Assembly (NCBI GenBank): GCA_964474215.1 | Contig: CAYYRQ010000006.1 | Span: 15,348 to 79,347, forward strand | From: an uncultured Alphaproteobacteria bacterium | GTDB lineage: Bacteria > Pseudomonadota > Alphaproteobacteria > UBA9655 | Length of the DNA stretch: 64,000 nt | Direction: 5' to 3' | Shown: positions 50,437-60,349 of the stretch, one piece after another | Position numbering within the stretch: the stretch's first letter is position 1 | Layout: the number at the start of each line of letters is the position of its first letter | Made by a program: the position numbers and the translations under genes | The notes under the pieces: generated by a model | What the model was told of the DNA's origin: nothing | Seen by the model: only the letters and a program-made list of their open reading frames with translations | Database searches by the model: none

Positions 50437-51572
50437 TTTTTATCATTGCTGGTGAAGCTTCTGGAGATCATTTAGGCGCGAAGCTTATGACTGAGCTCAA
50501 ACCTTTGGATGTCTCTTTTGCAGGTATCGGAGGCGAGGAAATGCAAGCCCAAGGGCTGAAGTCACTCTTTCCTATGAAGGAACTCTCGATCATAGGTATA
50601 AGTGGTATCATCAAAGATTTACCCAATCTTTTATCTCGGTTGCGCTATACAGTTAAAACCATTCAGTCATTAAAACCCGACGTTGTAATTACGATTGATG
50701 CCCCTGAATTTAGTTTTCGCGTCATGAAAAAATTACATAAGCAACCCAATAGGCCCTTTTTGATTCATTACGTTGCTCCTTCCGTATGGGCTTGGCGACC
50801 ATGGTTAGCCAAAAAGATTTCTCGGTTTCTTGATGGGCTATTCTGTTTATACCCATTTGAACCTTCAATGTTTGCAAAACATGGTTTAAAATCAGTCTTT
50901 GTTGGTCATCCAGCAGCTCATCCAATCAAGCCATCGAAAAGAATTAAACGTGATCCAAATCTATTGTGTGTTCTCCCTGGCAGCCGCTCTTCGGAAGTAA
51001 GGTCTCTTTTGCCCATCTTTAAAGAAACCGTTTGCCGCATACAATCTGAAAAGCCTGAGCTTCATATCATTATCCCAACCGTACCAAGCGTTCAGCAATA
51101 TGTTCGGGAACAAACTGAGTCATGGCCCATGCCCGTTAAAATCGTTTTTGGGGAAGAAGAAAGAAATAAAGCATTCCAACAAGCTTATACTGCTTTGGCG
51201 GCTTCTGGGACGGTATCTTTGCAACTCGCAGCCCACAATATTCCGTTTGTTATTGCCTACAAGGTCAGCAAATTTAATGAATTTATTGGTCGCTTGCTCA
51301 TTAAAACACCCTGGGTTTGCATGGTGAATATCCTCATTTCCTTTCAAAAATTTGGTTGTATCAAGCAAGATGAAAAACCCTGGGTCCCCGAGTTTCTCCA
51401 AGATGATTGCACGCCCATTAAAATATCAGAGTCTGTGCTTCAACTTATGACTGATGAAAAAATGCGAAATGCGCAATTAGTGGAATTAACTCAAGCCGTT
51501 CAATTCTTAAAAGCACCTGAAAATATAGCATCCCGAAAAGTCACTGAATATATCCGACTGCCTTTTAATTAA
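50418..51572 (+). CDS. lpxB: Lipid-A-disaccharide synthase
   Basis: IFIIAGEASGDHLGAKLM N-terminus, GT19 pattern, 384 aa. Confidence 0.93.
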   Translation: MPQKPLIFIIAGEASGDHLGAKLMTELKPLDVSFAGIGGEEMQAQGLKSLFPMKELSIIGISGIIKDLPNLLSRLRYTVKTIQSLKPDVVITIDAPEFSFRVMKKLHKQPNRPFLIHYVAPSVWAWRPWLAKKISRFLDGLFCLYPFEPSMFAKHGLKSVFVGHPAAHPIKPSKRIKRDPNLLCVLPGSRSSEVRSLLPIFKETVCRIQSEKPELHIIIPTVPSVQQYVREQTESWPMPVKIVFGEEERNKAFQQAYTALAASGTVSLQLAAHNIPFVIAYKVSKFNEFIGRLLIKTPWVCMVNILISFQKFGCIKQDEKPWVPEFLQDDCTPIKISESVLQLMTDEKMRNAQLVELTQAVQFLKAPENIASRKVTEYIRLPFN

Positions 51573-51653
51573 TTTCATAATGCCCCCTCCACAAATCAAA
51601 TTGAGTGTGGTAGGTTCACCTCAAATTTATCAAAAGTGTAGAAAGTACTAAGG

Positions 51654-52799
51654 ATGCGGCTTGCTGTTTTAAAAGAACAAAGACCCTATGAGACACGCGT
51701 TTCAGCAACGCCTGAAACCGTCAAAAAACTTATCAAACTCGGATTTGAGGTCCTGGTTGAAAAAGGGGCAGGGGAAACCTCGATGTACTTGGACGACGCT
51801 TATAAAGATGCTGGCGCCAAAATCGGTGCAACCGCTGAAAAAACCGTTGAGAAAGCTGACGTTGTCCTCAAAGTTCAACCCCCAATGACAAAGAATGATG
51901 GGGGGAAAGATGAAGTCAGCATTCTACCAAAGGGATCTCTTCTCGTAAGCTTTCTTCATCCCCATTCCAAACCTGAGCTTTCAGATGAATACAATAAAAG
52001 AAAATTGAGCACCTTTGCTCTTGAGCTTGTCCCAAGGATTACCCGTGCACAGTCAATGGACGTGCTTTCTTCTCAAAGTAACCTTGCCGGCTATCGATCG
52101 GTAATTGAGGCCGCGAATGCTTTCGAGCGTGCATTCCCGATGATGATGACAGCAGCCGGAACCATCCCCCCAGCTAGAGTACTGATCCTGGGAGCAGGCG
52201 TCGCAGGGCTTCAGGCCATCGCTACAGCTAAAAGACTGGGTGCTATTGTCAGCGCATTTGACGTCCGCGCAGCGACGAAAGAGCAAGTAGAAAGCCTAGG
52301 CGCCTCATTTGTTGAAGTTGAATCAGAAGAGTCTGGTGATGCGGCTGGTGGGTACGCCAAAGAAATGAGCAAAGACTACCAAGCCAAACAAGCCGCAAAA
52401 ATAAAGGAAACACTCCAAAAATCGGACATTGCTATCTCGACAGCCCTTATCCCTGGTAAACCAGCGCCCCGCTTGATTACAAAGGACATGGTCGAAAGTA
52501 TGAAGCCCGGTTCCATCATTGTTGACCTTGCCGTAGAGTCAGGCGGCAACTGTGAAGGGAGTGAGCTCGGACAAATTGTCGAAAAGAAGGGCGTTAAAAT
52601 CATTGGATATGCTAATATGCCTGGCCGTATTCCTACCGATTCAAGCGCATGCTATGCCCGGAATATACTCAACCTTTTAACCCTGTGTGTAGATCAAGAG
52701 AAAAAGGCTCTCAAAATCGATTGGGAGGATGAAATTATTAAAGGCGTTGCTCTCACCCGTGATGGTGAAACGCTTCAGCTTAAGAAAGGGAAAAAATAA
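51654..52799 (+). CDS. pntAA: NAD(P) transhydrogenase alpha subunit part 1 (dI)
   Basis: 381 aa, alanine dehydrogenase-like fold, [21 protein letters not shown] motif. Confidence 0.93.
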   Translation: MRLAVLKEQRPYETRVSATPETVKKLIKLGFEVLVEKGAGETSMYLDDAYKDAGAKIGATAEKTVEKADVVLKVQPPMTKNDGGKDEVSILPKGSLLVSFLHPHSKPELSDEYNKRKLSTFALELVPRITRAQSMDVLSSQSNLAGYRSVIEAANAFERAFPMMMTAAGTIPPARVLILGAGVAGLQAIATAKRLGAIVSAFDVRAATKEQVESLGASFVEVESEESGDAAGGYAKEMSKDYQAKQAAKIKETLQKSDIAISTALIPGKPAPRLITKDMVESMKPGSIIVDLAVESGGNCEGSELGQIVEKKGVKIIGYANMPGRIPTDSSACYARNILNLLTLCVDQEKKALKIDWEDEIIKGVALTRDGETLQLKKGKK

Positions 52800-53089
52800 T
52801 GGACATGATTTCGCCTTTTGTTTTAGGGCTTACAGTCTTTGTATTGGCCGTATTCGTAGGTTACTATGTTGTCTGGAAAGTCACACCAGCCCTTCACTCA
52901 CCCTTGATGGCTGTCACAAACGCTATCTCCAGTGTGATCATTGTTGGCGCAGTCTTAGCATCCGGTTCGGCGCAGGATTTTACCACACAACTTTTTGGAT
53001 TCGGGGCTGTACTTATGGCGTCCGTTAACATCTTTGGTGGTTTCTTTGTAACCCACCGTATGCTTGAAATGTTCAATAAGAAAAAATAG
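52799..53089 (+). CDS. pntAB: NAD(P) transhydrogenase alpha subunit part 2 (membrane)
   Basis: 96 aa, 3 [13 protein letters not shown] motif. The start overlaps the pntAA stop. Confidence 0.9.
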   Translation: MDMISPFVLGLTVFVLAVFVGYYVVWKVTPALHSPLMAVTNAISSVIIVGAVLASGSAQDFTTQLFGFGAVLMASVNIFGGFFVTHRMLEMFNKKK

Positions 53090-53099
53090 GATTTCTCAC

Positions 53100-54497
53100 G
53101 TGATTGCAAATTTATCAGCACTAGCTTACCTCGTCTCTGCCGTCTGTTTCATTTTGTCCTTGCAGGGACTTTCGTCAGCCAAAACATCCCAACGTGGACT
53201 TATGTTTGGGGTCATGGGCATGGCCCTCGCTGTAGGAACCACATTGTTGTCCCCCATTGTGGGCAGCTATGGATGGATTATCACCGGCGTGATTGTGGGA
53301 GGGGTTATCGGAACAGCGATTGCCAAAAAAATCCAAATGACAGCCTTACCCCAGCTTGTTGCGGCATTTCACAGCCTCGTTGGTCTTGCTGCTGTATGCG
53401 TTGCTGCAGCTGCATTATATGAGCCTTCTTCCTTTAACATTGGACACATCGGCTCAATCGCTACTGGGTCTCTAGTAGAAATGGGCCTCGGTGTTGCCAT
53501 AGGTGCCATTACCTTTACAGGATCCGTTGTTGCATTCGCTAAACTACAAGGATTGGTATCTGGAAATCCCCTCATTTTTAAAGGACAGCATCCCTTAAAT
53601 GCTCTTTTAGGCATTGGCCTTGTCGTCATGATTGGCATGTTCGCCATGAGCGAATCCTACACTTTATTCTGGGCCATCACGTTTGTGGCCTTTCTTCTCG
53701 GATTTCTTCTCATTCTCCCCATTGGCGGGGCAGATATGCCTGTTGTTATATCCATGCTCAACTCATATTCCGGGTGGGCAGCCGCTGGCATAGGCTTTAC
53801 GCTTGCAAATACATTGCTGATTATTACAGGTGCCCTCGTTGGTGCATCGGGTGCCATCCTAAGTTACATCATGTGTAAAGGCATGAACCGCTCCATATTT
53901 AATATTATCCTTGGTGGATTTGGAGGCGATACGGATACAACAGAAGTACAAGCGGGTGGAGAAATGCGATCCTATAAATCGGGTAGCTCTGAAGATGCTG
54001 GGTTTATCATGAAAAATGCGAAGTCAGTTATCATTGTTCCAGGATATGGTATGGCTGTGGCCCAAGCTCAATTTGCCCTTTGTGAAATGGCCGACATCCT
54101 GGGTCAAGAAGGGGTCGAAGTCCGGTATGCTATCCATCCCGTCGCGGGTCGTATGCCAGGCCATATGAATGTTCTGCTAGCCGAAGCCAATGTGCCGTAT
54201 GAAAATGTTCTTGAGCTTGAAGATATCAACCGTGACTTTGGCCAAACCGACGTTGCTTTTGTGATTGGGGCAAATGACGTTACGAATCCTGTTGCAAAGA
54301 CAGATCCCAAAAGCCCAATCTATGGCATGCCTATTCTTGATGTGGAAAAAGCCAAAACCGTTCTTTTCGTGAAACGTTCTATGTCTCCAGGCTATGCAGG
54401 TGTTGATAATGAGCTCTTCTACCGTGATAATACCCTCATGCTTTTTGGTGATGCGAAGAAGATGTGCGAAGAGATTATCAAGGCTTTAGAAGAATAG
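53100..54497 (+). CDS. pntB: NAD(P) transhydrogenase beta subunit
   Basis: Multi-TM N-terminal part plus a dIII NADP(H) domain (PGYGMAVAQAQ, GANDVTNP). GTG 53100 is a tentative start (track 53064). Confidence 0.92.
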   Translation: MIANLSALAYLVSAVCFILSLQGLSSAKTSQRGLMFGVMGMALAVGTTLLSPIVGSYGWIITGVIVGGVIGTAIAKKIQMTALPQLVAAFHSLVGLAAVCVAAAALYEPSSFNIGHIGSIATGSLVEMGLGVAIGAITFTGSVVAFAKLQGLVSGNPLIFKGQHPLNALLGIGLVVMIGMFAMSESYTLFWAITFVAFLLGFLLILPIGGADMPVVISMLNSYSGWAAAGIGFTLANTLLIITGALVGASGAILSYIMCKGMNRSIFNIILGGFGGDTDTTEVQAGGEMRSYKSGSSEDAGFIMKNAKSVIIVPGYGMAVAQAQFALCEMADILGQEGVEVRYAIHPVAGRMPGHMNVLLAEANVPYENVLELEDINRDFGQTDVAFVIGANDVTNPVAKTDPKSPIYGMPILDVEKAKTVLFVKRSMSPGYAGVDNELFYRDNTLMLFGDAKKMCEEIIKALEE

Positions 54498-54629
54498 ACT
54501 TTCACCCATATCTGAATATTTCTCTAACTCCCTAGTTTCTAGGGAAGATATATGTTGACATATCCTAAATTGTGTCTAAATATAGCACAAGTAATGTTAT
54601 ATAAATTGTTAATACGCATGAGGTGCGAT

Positions 54630-55682
54630 ATGAAAACCTTAGTTCTATTTTCATCAACGATTTTAATTTCGACGCCCTGTGCATGGGCAAAAGTAGTAAT
54701 CGATCAGCCTGAATTATTATCAAATCCTCAATTTCAAAAGCGAGCCATAAAGCAGAATGCAAAGCTACCAGATCCAATGCGCACTTCATTGAGAAACATA
54801 AAGCATGGTCGTGTTTCACAACACAGAGCTATTCATGAATTAGCAGTCCAAGAAGCTCAAAAAATTTCAGTTTCAGACATGAAGGCATCTGTAAAAGATT
54901 TGTCAAAAGGCAAAGTCAACGACGCTAGAGCCAAATTTGAAAAGGCCAGCCAACAAGCAGCCAAACCAGTGTCTATTCCATGTATCCAGCAACCTAAGCA
55001 AGAGGACATATCAAATGGTAGCTCTTCATGGGGTTCCTTTTTTGGGTTTGGATCCTTAAGAAATGTTTCATTTAGTGGTATTTTCAATACCCTTGCGCCA
55101 GAAGAAACAGAAGTTATCCCGACTCCTGCTCCAGTAGCGCCTCAACCACAAGTTAAAGAGTCTGCTGAATCCACAACAAGTTGGTTTGGATGGGCATCAA
55201 ACAAATTGACAACTTCTATCAGTGGCTTATTTGAGGAAGAAAAACCTGTCGAAACGAAAAGCGTTCCATCCAAAGCTGAGAAAGAAGAAGTACAACATAG
55301 CAGCTCTTTCTTCCAAAGCTCGATGAAGTGGGCGACGGATACTACCAACTGGTTAGTTGACTTGTGTTGGGGACCAGCAAAGCAAGAGCCTGAAGAGGAA
55401 TTGCCGCTTTCTTTAGAAGATGTTGAGGGCCTCGAAACAATCCATTTACCAGCTGCAAGAGCTGTCGTGTTCAGAACGGGATTTGAAAATCAAGAACCTG
55501 GGGTGATTGAAGCTCTTGCTGAGCGAGAGGAACAAGTTCGTAAAAAATACTATGGTGAAAGAAAATTAAGCTTTGATGAAGCTCTTAGAAAAGCTGAACT
55601 TATTCAAGAAGAGAATCATGAATGGAGAGAGCTTGCCTCTCAACTACCTAAAAAGTCTCGTCAGAGAAACAAAAGTTTCTAA
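54630..55682 (+). CDS. Hypothetical secreted protein, 350 aa, with Ser/aromatic internal repeats
   Basis: Signal peptide MKTLVLFSSTILISTPCAWA. Repeated SSW..F/W G...S(F/I)SG(I/L)F...EE modules. Basic C-terminus. Confidence 0.6.
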   Translation: MKTLVLFSSTILISTPCAWAKVVIDQPELLSNPQFQKRAIKQNAKLPDPMRTSLRNIKHGRVSQHRAIHELAVQEAQKISVSDMKASVKDLSKGKVNDARAKFEKASQQAAKPVSIPCIQQPKQEDISNGSSSWGSFFGFGSLRNVSFSGIFNTLAPEETEVIPTPAPVAPQPQVKESAESTTSWFGWASNKLTTSISGLFEEEKPVETKSVPSKAEKEEVQHSSSFFQSSMKWATDTTNWLVDLCWGPAKQEPEEELPLSLEDVEGLETIHLPAARAVVFRTGFENQEPGVIEALAEREEQVRKKYYGERKLSFDEALRKAELIQEENHEWRELASQLPKKSRQRNKSF

Positions 55683-55707
55683 TTTTAAACCTAATTTAAG
55701 TTATAAA

Positions 55708-55736
55708 GGCTGTACCCATCGGTGCAGCTTTTTTTG
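55708..55736 (+). terminator. Rho-independent terminator after the 350-aa ORF
   Basis: GGCTGTACC-catc-GGTGCAGCT followed by TTTTTTT. Confidence 0.75.
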
Positions 55737-55770
55737 ATCCAATGAGTAAATTTAAACCCAATAAAACAAA

Positions 55771-55793
55771 TACCCTGGCCATGGGCCAGGGTA
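55771..55793. repeat. Perfect 10-bp-arm palindrome TACCCTGGCC-atg-GGCCAGGGTA
   Basis: Read from the sequence, between convergent genes. Shares the CCCTGGC core with the next hairpin. Confidence 0.7.
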
Positions 55794-55805
55794 TAGATAC
55801 TTAAC

Positions 55806-55834
55806 AAAAAATGCCCCAGCAAAAGCCAGGGCAT
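55806..55834 (-). terminator. Rho-independent terminator of the minus-strand 209-aa ORF
   Basis: On the minus strand: ATGCCCTGGC-tttt-GCTGGGGCAT (two G-U pairs) followed by TTTTT. Confidence 0.7.
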
Positions 55835-55856
55835 CGCGGGTTTTATTTGATTAAAA

Positions 55857-56486
55857 CTATTGATCTTTTGTTAATGGCCTTGAAAAAACAAGGCTTACAA
55901 ATGTTTCTACTTTCTTTTTAGTTTCTTTTGGTTTTGGTCCTGTATAATCCCATGAATCAATTTCAGTCATTACCTCTTGCTTGGAAGAAGCATCGTATAG
56001 CTTATATTTGCCACCAACTGATTCATGTGTATCCACACCCATTGTTGGTTGCACTCGGGTTTCAGGCTCATCAAGTATAGCTACAATATGTTGGCTAGTA
56101 TTAATGGCGTTAAGCTTTCGGTCTTCAGCTATAGATGAAGGTTCCTTATGCGCAGCTTGGACTATTTTCCCATTTACAATAATATCAACGTAAGCACCTG
56201 TTTCACCTATAGCAAAATGACGACCTGTACGCTTTTTGTCAAGCTCATGCGCACTTTCATCTTTATTTGTACCAGTAAGTTCAACCGAATAGATCTTTAA
56301 AAGTGATGCGTTATCAACAATAGCTGGTGGATCAAATCTATCTTGTTGTTGATTTGATTTTTTTACAAAACGTGAAGGCTTTTTGGGTGGATTTCGACTT
56401 GAGTTTTCATTATCCATAGCAAAGCTGGGGGCAGAAATTTGCGCAAGAGCCACAACGGCAGCACTTAAATATAAAATTTTATTCAT
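55857..56486 (-). CDS. Hypothetical secreted protein, 209 aa
   Basis: Signal peptide MNKILYLSAAVVALAQISAPSFA. No recognised domain. Confidence 0.6.
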   Translation of the reverse strand: MNKILYLSAAVVALAQISAPSFAMDNENSSRNPPKKPSRFVKKSNQQQDRFDPPAIVDNASLLKIYSVELTGTNKDESAHELDKKRTGRHFAIGETGAYVDIIVNGKIVQAAHKEPSSIAEDRKLNAINTSQHIVAILDEPETRVQPTMGVDTHESVGGKYKLYDASSKQEVMTEIDSWDYTGPKPKETKKKVETFVSLVFSRPLTKDQ

Positions 56487-56705
56487 AATATACTCCTATA
56501 TGTACCAATTAAATTATTATTTATATTTGTTGTGTATCATATAAATATTCCTACATACATTACAAGTATAAAGAATCATTTGATATCAGTCTGTTATAGG
56601 CCTTAAGGCACATTGAAAAGAACCGTGAAAAAAGGGTTGCATTTTTTTCCAAGAGATTCTTTGTTAAAGGGGAATAATGTAAGGACATAAATTGTGGTTG
56701 CACCT

Positions 56706-57593
56706 ATGAAAAAACCTGACTGGATTCGTGTTAAAGCACCTGTCTCTCGAGAGTATCAAAATACACGCGATCTCATGCGGGAGAAAAAGCTGAATACCGT
56801 ATGTGAGGAAGCGGCTTGCCCAAACATCGGGGAATGCTGGGCCAAGAAGCATGCTACGGTTATGATTTTGGGTAGTGTGTGCACACGTGCTTGTCGCTTT
56901 TGTAATATCAAAACAGGGCGCCCAGACCTGCTCGATCCCCATGAACCAGAGCGGGTTGCCGAAGCCATGGCTGAAATGGGGCTTCACCATGTGGTGGTGA
57001 CATCTGTTGATAGGGATGATCTTGATGACGGAGGAGCCAACCATTTTGCGGAAACAATTCAACAAATCCGTAACAAATCACCAGGCACAACGATCGAGGT
57101 CCTCACCCCAGATTTCCTAAGGAAAGAGGGAGCCCTTGAAATCGTCGTAGAAGCTCGCCCAGACGTGTTTAACCATAATTTGGAAACAGTGCCCCGGCTT
57201 TATGCATCCGTTCGCCCAGGGGCACGATACTTCCATTCACTACACTTGCTAAAACGCGTTAAGGAATTGGATCCTTCATTGTTTACAAAGTCAGGCATTA
57301 TGGTTGGCCTTGGTGAGGATAAAGGCGAAGTTTACCAGGTTATGGATGACTTGCGCGCCGCCTCTGTTGATTTCATGACCATTGGACAATATCTTCAGCC
57401 TACACCCACCCATCACCCACTGGATCGCTTTGTTCATCCTGATGAATTCGAAGATTACGGTCGAATGGCAAGAGGGAAGGGGTTCTTAATGGTATCAGCC
57501 TCGCCTTTAACTCGTTCTTCCTATCACGCAGGCGACGATTTTAAAAAACTAAAAGAAGCCCGAGAACAACAATTGGGAGCTCATAATGAGTAA
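56706..57593 (+). CDS. lipA: Lipoyl synthase
   Basis: [13 protein letters not shown] and radical-SAM [10 protein letters not shown] clusters. ATG 56706. Confidence 0.96.
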   Translation: MKKPDWIRVKAPVSREYQNTRDLMREKKLNTVCEEAACPNIGECWAKKHATVMILGSVCTRACRFCNIKTGRPDLLDPHEPERVAEAMAEMGLHHVVVTSVDRDDLDDGGANHFAETIQQIRNKSPGTTIEVLTPDFLRKEGALEIVVEARPDVFNHNLETVPRLYASVRPGARYFHSLHLLKRVKELDPSLFTKSGIMVGLGEDKGEVYQVMDDLRAASVDFMTIGQYLQPTPTHHPLDRFVHPDEFEDYGRMARGKGFLMVSASPLTRSSYHAGDDFKKLKEAREQQLGAHNE

Positions 57594-58041
57594 GAAACAA
57601 CTGACACATTACCTTCCATACACCCCTCAACAACTTTATGATTTGGTTATCGACATCGAAAGATATCCTGAGTTCCTACCCTGGTGTGTCGGAGCGCGGA
57701 TCATCTCCAAAAGTGATTCTGAAATTATAGCAGATCTTACGGTTGGGTATTCTGTGTTTAGGGAAACATTCCGATCCTGTGTACACATCGTCCCGAATGC
57801 AAAGGTTGAAATTGAATATGTTTCAGGCCCGTTTCACCACTTACATAATCTTTGGGAATTCAAGGGAACTTCAAATGGCGGAACGAACATCAATTTTTCG
57901 ATTGAGTTTAAATTACAAAATCGGTTTTTTCAGGGAGCCATACAAATGGCTTTTGATAAGGCTTTTTCACAAATGCTTGACGCTTTTGAACAAAGAGCGA
58001 ATGCGCTCTATGGAAAAGAAACTTTCAAAAAGGCTGTCTAA
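57586..58041 (+). CDS. SRPBCC-fold protein (RatA / COQ10-like, polyketide cyclase-dehydrase family)
   Basis: 151 aa: [18 protein letters not shown]... Conserved position downstream of lipA in alphaproteobacteria. Confidence 0.8.
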   Translation: MSKKQLTHYLPYTPQQLYDLVIDIERYPEFLPWCVGARIISKSDSEIIADLTVGYSVFRETFRSCVHIVPNAKVEIEYVSGPFHHLHNLWEFKGTSNGGTNINFSIEFKLQNRFFQGAIQMAFDKAFSQMLDAFEQRANALYGKETFKKAV

Positions 58042-58350
58042 TGACGGCGGTTTTTCTTTGATCGGTTTACTGATGTGAAATTAGGACGTCCACCTTTGCC
58101 CGACTGTTGAAAGGGCGGGGCATTCCCCTTTTGACTGGGAACTAATGAAAGTTGGCCATTCATTGTATTGTTCGCCATAGCAAGTCGGCCACAAATGCCG
58201 AGGCAAACCAAGCTCATCATAGAAACAAATTTATACTTAACAGACATCGATAAAAACAATCATTTATATATTTATCTATATAAATAGTACCTTTTTAAAA
58301 AAACATCAAGAATATATTTAAAAAGCATAATTAAAAAGCACCAATACATT

Positions 58351-58460
58351 CCCGTACGGTACTATATGATCTGGCGCCTATTGCGGATCGCAATAATTAA
58401 CCCGATCGGGAATATTATATTGCGTATTTGTCGAATTTAGTTATAATAATCCCGAAAGGG
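58351..58460. promoter_or_regulatory. Three related boxes CCCGTACGGT / CCCGATCGGG / CCCGAAAGGG spaced exactly 50 bp apart upstream of hipB (candidate HipB operators)
   Basis: Boxes at 58351-58360, 58401-58410 and 58451-58460 with similar AT-rich flanks. An ATTGCG-gat-CGCAAT inverted repeat lies at 58380-58394. Confidence 0.45.
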
Positions 58461-58467
58461 CATATAT

Positions 58468-58683
58468 ATGCAAATAACATCATCAAAGGCCTTAGGGGAA
58501 ATCATTAGGCTTGAACGTAAAAAGCAGACTTTAACGCAAGCAGAATTGGCGGGGCTTTCAGGTGTAGGGATTCGGTTCCTGCAAGAACTTGAAAGAGGAA
58601 AAGAGTCTGCACAAATTGGTAAAGCAATGCAGGTGCTTCATACGTTAGGACTACACCTTTCTGTTCGTTCTAGAGAAGAGTGA
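58468..58683 (+). CDS. hipB: HipB-like XRE-family antitoxin
   Basis: 71 aa with HTH LTQAELAGLSGVGIRFLQELERG. 4-nt overlap (GTGA) with hipA. Confidence 0.8.
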   Translation: MQITSSKALGEIIRLERKKQTLTQAELAGLSGVGIRFLQELERGKESAQIGKAMQVLHTLGLHLSVRSREE

Positions 58684-59933
58684 AGATGAAAATATTAAAC
58701 GTATTTTTTCACAATGCTTTTGCAGGAGAACTTATACAGCATAGTTCAGGACAACTAGCATTTAAGTATGATGACTCCTACTGTGCCGCAAATGGTTCTC
58801 TCCCCATTTCCGTTTCTATGCCTCTCCGTCAAGAGGCTTACGAAGAGGAGATCGCACGTCCATACTTTTCTGGTTTACTTCCCGATGATTTTGCTCGCCA
58901 TCGCCTTGCTCGTTATCTTGGTGTTTCTGAAAAAAACCCTTTTTCACTTTTAAAAGCTGTAGGAGGAGAATGTGCGGGGGCATTAACCTTATTGCCAAAA
59001 GACATGGTACCTCCATCCCCATCTTCAGAGGACTTAGAAGAGCTTGATGATCTAAAGCTAAAGGATATTCTTGAACTCCTGAAAGTACGACCCCTTCTTG
59101 TTGGAGCTGATAATGTCCGTTTGTCTTTAGCAGGGGCGCAAGATAAAATTGCCGTTTTTTTTAAAAATAGGAAGATATATCTTGTTCATGGAATGACTCC
59201 TACAACTCATATTTTAAAACCTCTCATAGGAGATATAGAAGGTAGTGTTCATAATGAAGCCTTCTGCATGCAGCTTGCAGCCTCTTTGGGTGTGGAAACT
59301 CCTAACACGATAATTCAATATATTGACGATACACCATATTTATTAATTGAAAGGTATGATAGAAAAGAAAAAGCTAATGGAGAAATTTATAGACTTCATC
59401 AAGAAGACTTTTGCCAAGCCATGAGTATTATGCCTGAACTTAAATACGAAAGGGAAGGAGGGCCATCTATCCAAAGCTCGTTGAACTTAATATCTCAATA
59501 TTCTGTATCCCCGGCCAAGGATCAAATTCATTTTCTAAGGCGAGTAATATTCAACTTTCTTATTGGCAATGCAGATGCGCATGGAAAAAATTTTTCTTTT
59601 CTTTACAGGTCCAAACTACCAGCTTTGTCTCCAGCGTATGATCTTCTTTCAACGGCCGTCTATCCAAACTTATCTCAAAATATGGCCATGAAAATTGGGG
59701 GGAAATATGACCCCAAGCGAGTGTTACAACGTCATTGGCTCAAACTTGTTCCAGATACAAAGGTTGCTCATAAAAACCTTTCAAAAGAGATTACAAAAAT
59801 GGCGAGTAAAATCACAGAAGCCTCTGATCAAATCATAAATGAATTTAAGGATAAAGGACTTTACGAGGCTATTTTAAAGAATATATGTAAGGTTATTCAT
59901 GCTCGATCGGAACAGATAAAGCTGAGTTTTTAA
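58680..59933 (+). CDS. hipA: HipA-family serine/threonine kinase toxin
   Basis: N-terminal HipA coupling domains, LSLAGAQDKIAVF, catalytic GNADAHGKNFSF. 417 aa. Confidence 0.88.
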   Translation: MKMKILNVFFHNAFAGELIQHSSGQLAFKYDDSYCAANGSLPISVSMPLRQEAYEEEIARPYFSGLLPDDFARHRLARYLGVSEKNPFSLLKAVGGECAGALTLLPKDMVPPSPSSEDLEELDDLKLKDILELLKVRPLLVGADNVRLSLAGAQDKIAVFFKNRKIYLVHGMTPTTHILKPLIGDIEGSVHNEAFCMQLAASLGVETPNTIIQYIDDTPYLLIERYDRKEKANGEIYRLHQEDFCQAMSIMPELKYEREGGPSIQSSLNLISQYSVSPAKDQIHFLRRVIFNFLIGNADAHGKNFSFLYRSKLPALSPAYDLLSTAVYPNLSQNMAMKIGGKYDPKRVLQRHWLKLVPDTKVAHKNLSKEITKMASKITEASDQIINEFKDKGLYEAILKNICKVIHARSEQIKLSF

Positions 59934-60118
59934 ACACTGGCCTCAGAATAAACTTTGGAATACATCCATCTATACCTATATATAAATAATGTATCCGTTC
60001 TTGCATTGCTTTACTTGAGTCATATCCTGAATAGAGTTTTCAAATTACCCCTTCTTTTTTCGTGTATCCATTTCCTAGCAATTCCAATTTAAGCAAATAT
60101 CATAGATGAAACTGATAG

Positions 60119-60214
<96 letters not shown>

Positions 60215-60218
60215 TAAG

Positions 60219-60295
60219 TGGCGCGCCCGAGAAGAGTCGAACTCCTAACCTCCTGATCCGTAGTCAGGTGCTCTATCCAATTGAGCTACGGGCGC
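60219..60295 (-). tRNA. tRNA-Arg (anticodon ACG)
   Basis: The reverse complement folds as GCGCCCG acceptor, GCTC..GAGC D arm, CCTGA-CTACGGA-TCAGG anticodon arm, GGAGTTCGACTCTTC T arm, encoded CCA. Confidence 0.93.
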
Positions 60296-60349
60296 TAATA
60301 AAGTACTGTATTAGTGGATAATGCTTGAAAGTTCAAGGGCTAATTTTAT

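Noticed and set aside
55685-55699. Another perfect TTAA-N7-TTAA (TTAAACCTAATTTAA)
   Set aside because: It lies 3 nt after a stop codon and before a terminator, between convergent genes, so it is not a promoter position. I keep it as a reminder that the motif occurs by chance in this AT-rich DNA.
58038-58259. 73-codon minus-strand ORF with a signal-like N-terminus and a basic tail
   Set aside because: It has no Shine-Dalgarno sequence, overlaps the SRPBCC gene stop, and has no recognisable family. Support is too weak to call it a gene.
60313-60321. DnaA-box-like TTATCCACT (minus strand) between tRNA-Arg and the SLT gene
   Set aside because: It is a single imperfect box with no cluster and no adjacent AT-rich unwinding element or origin-linked genes, so it is not evidence for an origin.
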